Source: an uncultured Actinomycetota bacterium (GTDB taxonomy: Bacteria; Actinomycetota; Actinomycetes; Propionibacteriales; Nocardioidaceae). Taken from it: DNA of 64,000 nt. The notes beneath the pieces are model-generated. The model had not been told where the DNA came from, did no database searches, and worked only from the letters and a program-made list of their open reading frames with translations. Positions 1-8,708 of this stretch are shown here, in pieces. The stretch is taken from the NCBI GenBank assembly GCA_963830145.1, contig CAWHLI010000014.1:8400-72399 (forward strand). Direction: 5' to 3'. The translations under genes were made by a program, and so were the position numbers. Each line of letters begins with the position of its first letter. Position 1 is the stretch's first letter.

Positions 1-1
1 T

Positions 2-166
2 GATCCAGACGTCCTCCCACGCCGGTGGGATCACCAGATCGCGGGCGCGCTGGGCCTCGTCCGCGGGCAGCTTCCGACCTCGCTCGTCGAGGTAGGTGAA
101 GCCCTTGCCGGCGCGGCGACGGGTCCAGCCCGGCTGGTCCGGCGACGTACGACGCAGTCGGGGCAC
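2..166 (-). CDS. DNA topoisomerase IB, bacterial type (N-terminus only, runs off the window)
   Basis: Own translation from GTG 166: MPRLRRTSPDQPGWTRRRAGKGFTYLDERGRKLPADEAQRARDLVIPPAWEDVWI; the GxGF.Y...IPPAW.DVWI pattern is typical of bacterial TopIB. Not in the ORF track. Confidence 0.8.
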   Translation of the reverse strand, partial: MPRLRRTSPDQPGWTRRRAGKGFTYLDERGRKLPADEAQRARDLVIPPAWEDVWI

Positions 167-190
167 GTGGGCAAAGTACCCATTTCGGCC

Positions 191-1156
191 TCAACGACGC
201 CGCAGCGACCGGGCGAGCACCACGAGGCAGCCGAGACCGACGAGACCGCCGAGGAACCACGGCCAGACGGGCCGCTGCGTCTCGCTGGTCCCCGGGAGCT
301 CGGAGTCCTCGCGCGACTCGGAGTGGGTGGAGGGATGCGCGCTCGGGCTGCCGGGCGCCGTCGACGCGGACGCCGACGGCAGCGCCACGCGGAGCACCTT
401 CGAGTGCAGCCCCTCGGAGCTGAGCAGGAGAGTGCCGTCGGTGTCGGCGGCCAGCCCCTCGCCCTGCGGCTGGGACGGCAGCTGGAGCTGCTCGACCCGC
501 TCCAGGGAGGGGAACGCGTAGACCACGGCGACGGCGTAGTTGCGGATCACGAGGTGCTTCCCGTCGGGGAGGAAGGCGCCGTCGGTGGCGATCGGGAGCA
601 CGTCGCCGAGGGGCTCGAGCTCGTTGACGTGGTCCCGGCTGAGGTCGGCCGGCGCGGCGTAGAGCGTGCCGCCGAGCGTCCCCTTCGTGGCGACGTACAG
701 CCGCCCGGTCGTCGGGTCGCTCATCAGCGTCTCGGCGTTGTGCGGGCCGTCGGGGTAGGCGAGGTCGTAGACCGGCCCGTCGAGCTCCTTGGCTCCACCG
801 CCGACCGGCACCGGCGCGACCTGGATGGTGTCGCGGGTCTCGGAGTTGTCACCGATGTCGCCGACCCAGACCTCGTGGTCGTCGAGCGGCGCCAGCGCCT
901 CGACGTCCTCGGGGTCGTCGGCCCAGGAGGTCGTGCCGACGGTCTTGCCGGTGGCCGGGTCGACCGTGAAGACCCGGCCCGTGTCGCCCGAGTCGTTGGT
1001 CGTGACCACGAGCCCGTCGACGACCACGAGCCCGCTCGACTCGATGATGTCGTTGTCGCGGAAGGAGAACACCACCTGCGACTCGTCGGACGGCGCCACG
1101 GCCGCGCCGAGCAGGAACGGTACGACGAGCAGGCCGGCCAGGACGCGCTCAACCAT
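191..1156 (-). CDS. Secreted, C-terminally membrane-anchored protein, probable beta-propeller
   Basis: Signal-like start MVERVLAGLLVVPFLLGAAVA (ATG 1156); repeated short beta-strand motifs (ESSGL, DVEALA, NAETL, GEGLA); C-terminal TM plus RRR. Confidence 0.6.
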   Translation of the reverse strand: MVERVLAGLLVVPFLLGAAVAPSDESQVVFSFRDNDIIESSGLVVVDGLVVTTNDSGDTGRVFTVDPATGKTVGTTSWADDPEDVEALAPLDDHEVWVGDIGDNSETRDTIQVAPVPVGGGAKELDGPVYDLAYPDGPHNAETLMSDPTTGRLYVATKGTLGGTLYAAPADLSRDHVNELEPLGDVLPIATDGAFLPDGKHLVIRNYAVAVVYAFPSLERVEQLQLPSQPQGEGLAADTDGTLLLSSEGLHSKVLRVALPSASASTAPGSPSAHPSTHSESREDSELPGTSETQRPVWPWFLGGLVGLGCLVVLARSLRRR

Positions 1157-2363
1157 CGCCGTGGCGGAGCAGCTCGGCCAGCTTCGGGTGGATCCCCCAG
1201 GCCGCGACGAGGTCGTCGTACTCCCGCCGGAGCGAGCCACCCTTGACCGGCCCGCCGGTGCGGGTCGCGCGGAGCAGGGTGTTGCGCGGGGTGTGCTTGC
1301 TCTCGACGAACTGCACGACGTCGACGCGGTAGCCCTGCAGCCTCATCATGGTGGCCCGCAGCGCGTCGGTCAGGGTGTCGGCCAGCCGCTCGCGGAGGAT
1401 GCCGTGCCGCGTGAGCATGGCGTACGGCGCGGGCGTGGCCGCCTTGCGCAGCTGGGCGGCCACGTCGTGGTGGCAGCAGGGCGCGGCCAGCACCAGCGCC
1501 GCCTCCCACCCGACCGCGCGGGCCAGCGCCTCGTCGGTCGCGGTGTCACAGGCGTGCAGCGCCAGCACCACCTCGGGCGGCTGGGCCAGCTCGACGTCGG
1601 TGATCGTGCCGGCCACGAAGTCCGCGTCCACCCCGAGCTCCCCCGCCACCTCGGCGTTGTGCGCGCGCGACTGCTCGCGGACGTCGATACCGGTGAGCCG
1701 CACCGGCAGCCCGCGGACCGAGGTGAGGAACCGCTCGGCGCAGAAGGTGAGGTAGGCGTTGCCGCAGCCGAGATCGACGACCCGCAACGGATCCTCGGCG
1801 GTCGGGCGGCGGAGGTGACCCTTGTCGATGGCGTCGCCGATCCCGGTGTCGAGCAGCCGCAGGAACTCCTCGACCTGCCGGTACTTCGCCTGCCGGCTGG
1901 GCTTCATCCTGCCCTCGGCATCGGCGAGGCCGAGCACTCGGAACACCGGGTCGTCCTCCGGCAGCAGCCGGTCCTTGTCGCGGTCGTGGCCGCGGTCGAC
2001 CTCGGCCGGCCCCGTGCGTGGCTTCGCGTGCACCAGCGCCTCGCCCTTGCGGGTCACCCGCAGCTGCACGCTCTCCGTGCTCGTGTCGAGGTGCCAGTTG
2101 CCGAACGGCTCGTCGAGCAGGTCGTCGACCGCGTCGCGGGCGGCGTCGCCCTCGGCGTGGTTGCTCGTGTGCGCCTGCGTCTCGTCGTAGGCCGTGACCT
2201 GGAGGTGCCGGCCGGCCTTGAGGTCGACGTACCTCAGCTCGACGCGGCGCCACCGCGGGGGACCGGCCTTCTGCCGACCCGACGCGACCGCTCGGACCAG
2301 GGCGTCCGGGTCCAGCAGCGTGGCGCGGACCTGGGACAGCGCGCGGAGGAGGTTCTCGGCCAT
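1149..2363 (-). CDS. Class I SAM-dependent methyltransferase
   Basis: VVDLGCGNAYL SAM motif, ALHACDTATD and APCCH motifs. Confidence 0.8.
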   Translation of the reverse strand: MAENLLRALSQVRATLLDPDALVRAVASGRQKAGPPRWRRVELRYVDLKAGRHLQVTAYDETQAHTSNHAEGDAARDAVDDLLDEPFGNWHLDTSTESVQLRVTRKGEALVHAKPRTGPAEVDRGHDRDKDRLLPEDDPVFRVLGLADAEGRMKPSRQAKYRQVEEFLRLLDTGIGDAIDKGHLRRPTAEDPLRVVDLGCGNAYLTFCAERFLTSVRGLPVRLTGIDVREQSRAHNAEVAGELGVDADFVAGTITDVELAQPPEVVLALHACDTATDEALARAVGWEAALVLAAPCCHHDVAAQLRKAATPAPYAMLTRHGILRERLADTLTDALRATMMRLQGYRVDVVQFVESKHTPRNTLLRATRTGGPVKGGSLRREYDDLVAAWGIHPKLAELLRHGDG

Positions 2364-2449
2364 CACTTGACCGCGGCGATGATGACGATCAGGAGCAGCC
2401 CGACCAGCGCCAGCGGGATGACCAGGCGGCGGTGGCGGGGGTTCACCAT
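2363..2449 (-). CDS. Small single-TM membrane peptide (27-28 aa)
   Basis: MVNPRHRRLVIPLALVGLLLIVIIAAVK; stop overlaps next ATG (TGATG); TAGACT -10-like hexamer 6 nt before GTG 2446. Confidence 0.6.
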   Translation of the reverse strand: MVNPRHRRLVIPLALVGLLLIVIIAAVK

Positions 2450-2545
2450 CTGAGTCTAGGAGCGGTGGTCACAGCTGGGTCGCGGACCGGTCACGAGTTG
2501 CGCCGACCTCTGGCCCCGCGGTCCTCCGGGGGCCACTGTCGGAGC

Positions 2546-2950
2546 ATGGAGGACCCCTCGCACGCCTTCGACTTCTGGCTCGGTGAGTGGGAGGTGCGCG
2601 ACCCCGAGGGCAAGCACGTCGGTCGCAGCTCGATCACCGCGCCGTTCCAGACCGGCGCACTGTCCGAGCACTGGCACGGCAACGGCGGCGTGGAGGGGCA
2701 CAGCCTCAACTCGTGGGACCCCGAGCGGGGCTGCTGGCACCAGACCTGGATCGACTCGACCGGCGGCATCCTGCTGCTCGACGGCGGCGTCCGCGACGAC
2801 GCGATGGTGCTCGAGGGCATCGACGCCGACGCGCGGCAGCGGATCACCTGGACCCGCGACGGCGAGGGCGTCCGACAGCTCTGGGAGACCTCGAAGGACG
2901 ACGGCGAGACCTGGGAGACGGCCTTCGACGGGCGCTACCGGAGGGCCTGA
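2546..2950 (+). CDS. Hypothetical protein, DUF1579-like
   Basis: FDFWLGEWEV N-terminal motif and W-rich beta strands; ATG 2546. Confidence 0.55.
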   Translation: MEDPSHAFDFWLGEWEVRDPEGKHVGRSSITAPFQTGALSEHWHGNGGVEGHSLNSWDPERGCWHQTWIDSTGGILLLDGGVRDDAMVLEGIDADARQRITWTRDGEGVRQLWETSKDDGETWETAFDGRYRRA

Positions 2951-5679
2951 GCCAACAGCTCCGCGAGGTGCAGGGCCGGCACGCCGGCCAGGTCGTCGAG
3001 CTGGACCCGGCAGGACATGCCGTCGGCCAGGACGACCGCGCCGGGATGGGCGCGCACCGCGGGCAGCAGATGCGTCTCGGCGACCGCGACCGAGACCTCG
3101 TAGTGGCCCTTCTCCATGCCGAAGTTGCCCGCCAGGCCGCAGCAGCCCGCGACCCGGGTCACGGTCGCGCCGGCGCGCTCGAGCAGCGCCTGGTCGGCGG
3201 CCCAGCCGATCACCGCGTGGTGGTGGCAGTGCGGCTGGGCGACCACCTCGACACCGGTGAGGTCCGGCAGTGGGAGCCGCTCGCGCTCGACGAGCTCGGC
3301 GAGGCTGAGCAGGTCGAGGCTCTGGCCGGTCAGCTCGACGGCGTCGCTGCGCAGCGTGGCCAGGCAGCTCGGCTCCAGCCCGATGACGGGCAGGCCCGAC
3401 GCGACGTAGGGCGCCAGGGTGGCGACCGTGCGGGCCATGATCCGCTGCGCCTCGTCGAGCTGGCCGGTGGTGATCCACGTGAGCCCGCAGCAGGCGTCGT
3501 CGGGGATCACCCGCGCGGTCAGCCCTGCCGACTCGAGGTAGCGGATCGCGGCGTGCCCGTTGGCCGGGAAGAAGTGGTCGCTGAAGGAGTCGGCCCAGAT
3601 CCAGACGTCGGGAGTCCCGCTGCTCCTGGCCACCGACCGGCGCAGCGTCTTGGGCGCGAACGCCGGGATCGAGCGGCGCTGGTCGATCCCGGCCGCGGCC
3701 CTGGCGAGCCGCGCGAAGGGCTCGAGCCGCATCATCTGGTTGGTCAGCCGTGCGGCAGGGGCGGCCCGGTCGGCCCACACCGGCAGCCGGCCCAGCAGCC
3801 GGTGGCTGCGCGGGCGGCGCACGCCCTCGACGTCGTGCTTCTGGTGCAGGGCCTCGGCCTTGTAGGTCGCCATGTCCACGCCGGTGGGACAGTCGGACGC
3901 GCAGCCCTTGCAGGCCAGGCAGAGGTCGAGCGCCTCGGCGACGGCGGGGTCGGCGAACCCCTTGACCAGGCTCCCGTCGATCGCCTCCTGCAGCACCCGG
4001 GAGCGGCCGCGGGTGGAGTCCTTCTCGTCGCGGGTGGCCAGGTAGGACGGGCACATCACGCCCGTCGTCGACGGCGCGACGCACTTGCCGACACCGGTGC
4101 AGCGATGCACGGCGTTGCCGAGCTGGCCCCCGTCGTGCGGGAGCCGGACCACCGTCGTCACCGGGAGCCGCGGCCGGGTGGGCCGGAGATCGGCGTCGAG
4201 CGGCGCCGGGTCGACCAGGTTGCCGGGGTTGAGCAGGTTGCCGGGGTCGCAGATCGCCTTGACCCCGGCGAAGAGCCGGAGCGACTCCGCGTCGTACATC
4301 AGCGGCAGCAGCTCGGAGCGAGCCCGCCCGTCGCCGTGCTCGCCCGAGAGGGAGCCGCGGTGGTCGCGCAGCTTGACCGCGCAGGCGGTGAGGAAGTCGC
4401 GGAACACCCGCGCCGAGCCGTCGTCACCGGGACGGAACGGGAAGTCGATCCGGACGTGCACGCAGCCGTCGCCGAAGTGCCCGTAGGGCACCCCGTCGAG
4501 GCCGTGCGCCGCGAGCAGCTCGTCGAAGTCGCGCAGCCAGGCGCCCAGCCGGTCGGGCGGCACCGCGGCGTCCTCCCACCCGGAGTACGCCGGGGTCGCG
4601 AGGCTGCGCGCCGCCAGCCCGGCGCCGTCCTCGCGGATCCGCCACAGCGCGGCAGCCTCACCGGCATCGCTCACGAGCCGGTGGCCGAGCGCGGCACTGA
4701 CACCGACGACCGTCGTGGCCAGGGCCGGCGCCTCCGCGCCCACGAGCTCGACGAACAGCCACCCCGCTCCCTGGGGGAGCTCGGGCACCGCGCTCCCCCG
4801 GGCCCGGACCAGGTCGACGATCCGGGCGTCCAGCCCCTCGCAGGCGATCATCGCGCCGCCGTGACCACCCGTGGCCGCCAGCAGGGCCGGCACGGCGTCC
4901 GCCGCGTCGACCATCGACGGGTAGCCCAGCACGACGAGCAACCGGTCGCCCGTGCCGTCGACCAGCCGCACCGTGGCCTCGCGAACGACCGCGAGGGTGC
5001 CCTCCGAGCCGACCAGGAACCGGTCGACGCTCCGGCGCTCGGGCAGCAGGTGCTCGAGTGAGTAGCCGCTCACCTGCCGGCCGAAGCGACCGAACTCCGT
5101 CCGCACGTGCGCGAGGTGCTGGTCGGCGAGGGCGCCGAGCTGCGTCTCGACGTCGACGGCACCCGGCCCCCAGGCGACGTCCAGGCCGACCACGTTGTCC
5201 GACGTCCGGCCGTAGCCGAGCGCGCGCGAGCCGCAGGCGTTGTTGCCGATCATCCCGCCGATCGTGCAGCGCGTGTGCGTCGACGGGTCGGGGCCGAACC
5301 GCAGCCCGTACGGCGCCGCGGCCCGTTGCAGGTCGGCGTGGACGACACCGGGCTCGACGACCGCGGTCCGCGCCTCCGCGTCGACCGAGACGACCCGGTT
5401 GAGGTGCTTGAGGGTGTCGACGACGATGCCCGGGCCGACCGCGTTCCCGGCGATCGACGTGCCGGCCCCACGCATGGTGACCGGCACGCCGGTGGTGTGC
5501 GCGACGTCGAGGATCGCGTCGAGCTCGTCGGCCGCCCTGGGCCGCACCACGACCCTCGGGACCACGCGGTAGAGCGAGGCGTCCGAGGAGTAGAGCGCCC
5601 GGGTGAGCACCGAGTCGTCGACGTCGCTGACACCTCGTTTCCGCAGCTCTTCCAGGAGATCCTGAGAGCCGGCGGTCAC
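2935..5679 (-). CDS. FAD-binding and 4Fe-4S/CCG-domain oxidoreductase (fused GlcD+GlcF-like 2-hydroxyacid dehydrogenase)
   Basis: FAD_binding_4 (RGAGTSIAG, CTIGGMIGNNA), GEHGDG, CTGVGKC and CLACKGCASDCP clusters, CCG motifs. Confidence 0.85.
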   Translation of the reverse strand: MTAGSQDLLEELRKRGVSDVDDSVLTRALYSSDASLYRVVPRVVVRPRAADELDAILDVAHTTGVPVTMRGAGTSIAGNAVGPGIVVDTLKHLNRVVSVDAEARTAVVEPGVVHADLQRAAAPYGLRFGPDPSTHTRCTIGGMIGNNACGSRALGYGRTSDNVVGLDVAWGPGAVDVETQLGALADQHLAHVRTEFGRFGRQVSGYSLEHLLPERRSVDRFLVGSEGTLAVVREATVRLVDGTGDRLLVVLGYPSMVDAADAVPALLAATGGHGGAMIACEGLDARIVDLVRARGSAVPELPQGAGWLFVELVGAEAPALATTVVGVSAALGHRLVSDAGEAAALWRIREDGAGLAARSLATPAYSGWEDAAVPPDRLGAWLRDFDELLAAHGLDGVPYGHFGDGCVHVRIDFPFRPGDDGSARVFRDFLTACAVKLRDHRGSLSGEHGDGRARSELLPLMYDAESLRLFAGVKAICDPGNLLNPGNLVDPAPLDADLRPTRPRLPVTTVVRLPHDGGQLGNAVHRCTGVGKCVAPSTTGVMCPSYLATRDEKDSTRGRSRVLQEAIDGSLVKGFADPAVAEALDLCLACKGCASDCPTGVDMATYKAEALHQKHDVEGVRRPRSHRLLGRLPVWADRAAPAARLTNQMMRLEPFARLARAAAGIDQRRSIPAFAPKTLRRSVARSSGTPDVWIWADSFSDHFFPANGHAAIRYLESAGLTARVIPDDACCGLTWITTGQLDEAQRIMARTVATLAPYVASGLPVIGLEPSCLATLRSDAVELTGQSLDLLSLAELVERERLPLPDLTGVEVVAQPHCHHHAVIGWAADQALLERAGATVTRVAGCCGLAGNFGMEKGHYEVSVAVAETHLLPAVRAHPGAVVLADGMSCRVQLDDLAGVPALHLAELLAQALR

Positions 5680-5680
5680 C

Positions 5681-6955
5681 TCACCAGTGTTCCATCGACG
5701 CCGCGAACACCTGGGCCAGGTCTTCGTCCGTGGGCGCCTTCGGGGCGGTGGCCAACAGCCGCTGCTGCTGGGTGGCGCCGGCGACGAGGTCGTCGACGTC
5801 GGCGGCGCCGTAGCCGACCTCGGCCAGGCCGTTGGGGATCCCGACGTCTCGCATCAGGGCGGTGAGCACGCCGGGCAGGAGCTCCGGGCCGTCGCCGCTG
5901 GCGCCGGGATCGAGGAGCCGGGCCGCGCGCAGGTGCCGCTCAGGCGCCGCGTCGAAGGTGAAGCCGAACGCCGCCGGCGCGGTGAGCGAGACCGCCATCC
6001 CGTGGGGCACGATCGGCTCGCCCTCGGGGTAGCCGGCCGGCACGTAGCCGCGCACCCGGCCTGCGATCGGGTAGGCGTTGGCGTGCGGGATGTGCACGCC
6101 GGCGTTGCCGAACCCGAGCCCGGCGAAGGTGGCGGCCAACGCCATCTGCTCGCGAGCCTCGGTGTCGTCGCCGTCCTCGACGGCCTTCCGGAAGGCGCCT
6201 GCCAGCAGGCTCAGCGCCTTCTCCGACCACATGTCGGCGATGGGGTTGGCGCCGCAGTAGGGCACCCGCTGCTCGGGCTCCTTGGCGTCGAAGTCGGCGT
6301 ACCACCGTGCGGTGTAGCTCTCGAGGGCGTGACACAGGATGTCCATGCCGGACGCTGCGGTGACCATCGTCGGCTGGGTCACGGTGAGTCGCGGGTCGAC
6401 GATCGCCAGCCGCGGACGCAGCGCGGCGTGGCTGATCCCGGTCTTCACCTTGAGCGCCAGCACGTCGAGGACGCAGATCGTGGTGCTCTCGCTCCCGGTG
6501 CCGGTGGTGGTCGGGATCGCCACCAGCGGCAGGAGCGGCAGCTCCGGCGAGGCTGCCCGACCGACCGGCGCGTTGATGTAGTCCATCAGCTCGCCGGGGT
6601 TGGTGAGCAGCAGGTCGACCGCCTTGGCGGTGTCGATCGAGGAGCCCCCGCCGACCGCGACGACGGCGTCGAACCGGCGACCGGTCGACTCGGCGTCACG
6701 GGCGAAGGCCACGGCCTCGTCCATCGACTCGTCGGTCGGCTCGACCCGGGCCCGGTCGAAGATGACGGTCTCGATGCCGTGCTGCCAGATCTGCTCGGCG
6801 ATGCGCGTCGGGTGTCCGGTCCCCATCACGCCGGCGTCGGTGACGAGCAGCACCCTGCGGGCACCGAAGGCCGCGAGGTCGTGGCCCACCTCGTCCGAGG
6901 CCCCAGGGCCGAACTTGAGGGCGGGCGCGGCGTAGGTGAAGACCGTCTCGCTCAT
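5681..6955 (-). CDS. Hydroxyacid-oxoacid transhydrogenase (iron-containing ADH family, ADHFE1/HOT-like)
   Basis: GGGSSIDTAK, PTTTGTGSE, DILCHALESYT, GVHIPHANAYPIAG, PHGMAV. Confidence 0.85.
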   Translation of the reverse strand: MSETVFTYAAPALKFGPGASDEVGHDLAAFGARRVLLVTDAGVMGTGHPTRIAEQIWQHGIETVIFDRARVEPTDESMDEAVAFARDAESTGRRFDAVVAVGGGSSIDTAKAVDLLLTNPGELMDYINAPVGRAASPELPLLPLVAIPTTTGTGSESTTICVLDVLALKVKTGISHAALRPRLAIVDPRLTVTQPTMVTAASGMDILCHALESYTARWYADFDAKEPEQRVPYCGANPIADMWSEKALSLLAGAFRKAVEDGDDTEAREQMALAATFAGLGFGNAGVHIPHANAYPIAGRVRGYVPAGYPEGEPIVPHGMAVSLTAPAAFGFTFDAAPERHLRAARLLDPGASGDGPELLPGVLTALMRDVGIPNGLAEVGYGAADVDDLVAGATQQQRLLATAPKAPTDEDLAQVFAASMEHW

Positions 6956-7878
6956 GCCCGCAACCTACGCTCGCGGGCGGCCAGCGCCGTCCGGACCACG
7001 TCGCGGATCCGGTACGGCTCCTCGCCCATGGCCGACAGCGGCACCCACTCCGCCGAGTCGGTGGTCCCGTCGACCTCGAGGACGACGGGCTCGCCCGCCG
7101 AGACCGTGGCGTCGAAGACGAGCTGCAGCGAGTGGAAGTCCTCCCGGCGGCCCGAGGGGGCGGTGCCCTCGAACCTGGTCGAGCCGACCTCCAGCACCTC
7201 GCCCGCGGCGCAGTCGAGGCCCGTCTCCTCGTGGACCTCGCGGACCAGCGCCTCCCGCGCCTCCTCGCCGTGGTCGATCCCGCCGCCGGGCAGGGTCCAC
7301 CAGCCGGGGTGGGGGCCCCGGTGGGAGTTGCGCGTGAGCAGCACCTCCGGGCCGGCCGCCCCGTCCCGCACGACCAGGGCGTACGCCGCGACGCGCTGGA
7401 GCTGGACGGGCCGGTGCCGGTCGAGCACCTCGGTGACCAGGCCCACGACCGGGACGGAGCCGTCGAGCACCGCCGCCACCGGGTGCCAGGCGGCATCCAT
7501 GGTGGAGCCGTCGACCTCGACCACGTGCGGGTCGGGGCTGTCGACCGGGACCCAGCCGTCGTAGACGATCCGCAACGCGTGGGCATCCGCGCGCCGCCCC
7601 TGGCGCCAGGTGTTGCGCTGGTGGTGGGAGTAGACGTGTGCGGTCTCGTCGATGACCACGCTCAGCCCGGTCTCCTCGTGCACCTCGCGGACCACGGCGT
7701 CACGCGGGTCCTCGCCGTGCTCGAGCCCCCCGCCCGGGAGGGTCCACAGCTCCTTGCTGGTCAGCCGCTTGGCCAGCCGGCTGAGCAGGATCTCGGGCCC
7801 GGCGCCGCGGAGGTCGCGGAGGATGACGGCGTAGGCCGCCACCCGCTGCACCCTCCGCACCTGTCGTCGCTCAGCCAC
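6952..7878 (-). CDS. Tandem two-domain NUDIX hydrolase
   Basis: Two Nudix boxes: GGGLEHGEDPRDAVVREVHEETG and GGGIDHGEEAREALVREVHEETG. Confidence 0.85.
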   Translation of the reverse strand: MAERRQVRRVQRVAAYAVILRDLRGAGPEILLSRLAKRLTSKELWTLPGGGLEHGEDPRDAVVREVHEETGLSVVIDETAHVYSHHQRNTWRQGRRADAHALRIVYDGWVPVDSPDPHVVEVDGSTMDAAWHPVAAVLDGSVPVVGLVTEVLDRHRPVQLQRVAAYALVVRDGAAGPEVLLTRNSHRGPHPGWWTLPGGGIDHGEEAREALVREVHEETGLDCAAGEVLEVGSTRFEGTAPSGRREDFHSLQLVFDATVSAGEPVVLEVDGTTDSAEWVPLSAMGEEPYRIRDVVRTALAARERRLRA

Positions 7879-8689
7879 GGCTCGACCCTAGATGCTGGTG
7901 TCCCGGGCCCCAGTCCGGGGAGACGGCCGTCCGGGGCATGCCGTCCAGCGCGAACGACGCCGTGCGCTCGACCCCGTCACCGCCGAGGTGGGCGGGGTGC
8001 CAGGGGGCCCACTCCCCCGGCCGGGGCCGGTGCTCGGGCAGCCGCTGGAGCTCCTCGAGCCCGTCCTGGAGCCGGCGTCCCAGCTCCCTGGTGGTCTCGA
8101 TGAGGTCGGCGTCGCCGGCCACGTGCATCGGCTCGCCGAACCGCACGTCGACCAGCCGCCCCCGGGTGAGGTCGGGCCGGGGGAACGGCGCGTCCAGCGA
8201 CCGCTTCTGGCCCCAGAGCCGCTGGCCGCCCCAGACGTGCACCGGGACCAGCGGCGCGCCGGTCTCGCGGGCGAGCGCCACCGCGCCGGGCATCATGGCG
8301 CGGACGACGTAGGCCGCGGAGATGCCGCCCTCGGGGAAGACGCAGACGATCTCGCCCCGGCCGAGCAGCCGCCGGGCACGGAGGTAGGCCGCCGCCGGCG
8401 CCTGCCGGTCGACCGGGATGTGCTGCATCCGGTCCATCGCCCAGCCGGCCCGGCTCTCCCAGATGTCGTGGCGGCACATGAACCGCACCAGTCGACCGCT
8501 GCCGCCGCTGCTCCTCAGCATGCTCTGCTGGACGAAGACGAAGTCGGGGAACGACACGTGGTTGCTGGCCAGCACCACCGGCCCGGTGAGCGGCACGTGC
8601 TCCTGCCCCTCCGACCGGACGCTGAGGCGCAGCGCTCGCAGCAGCCCGCGCCCGCCACCGATCACGGCTCGGTACAGCGGATCGCTCAC
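7871..8689 (-). CDS. Lysophospholipid acyltransferase (PlsC family)
   Basis: SNHVSFPD (HxxxxD) and VFPEGG motifs; GTG start 8689. Confidence 0.85.
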   Translation of the reverse strand: MSDPLYRAVIGGGRGLLRALRLSVRSEGQEHVPLTGPVVLASNHVSFPDFVFVQQSMLRSSGGSGRLVRFMCRHDIWESRAGWAMDRMQHIPVDRQAPAAAYLRARRLLGRGEIVCVFPEGGISAAYVVRAMMPGAVALARETGAPLVPVHVWGGQRLWGQKRSLDAPFPRPDLTRGRLVDVRFGEPMHVAGDADLIETTRELGRRLQDGLEELQRLPEHRPRPGEWAPWHPAHLGGDGVERTASFALDGMPRTAVSPDWGPGHQHLGSSRG

Positions 8690-8708
8690 CTGACTACTTC
8701 GGAGCGGT

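Noticed and set aside
191-300. Sortase LPxTG signal
   Set aside because: The motif is LPGTS, not LPxTG, and no sortase is nearby; a plain TM anchor explains the sequence.
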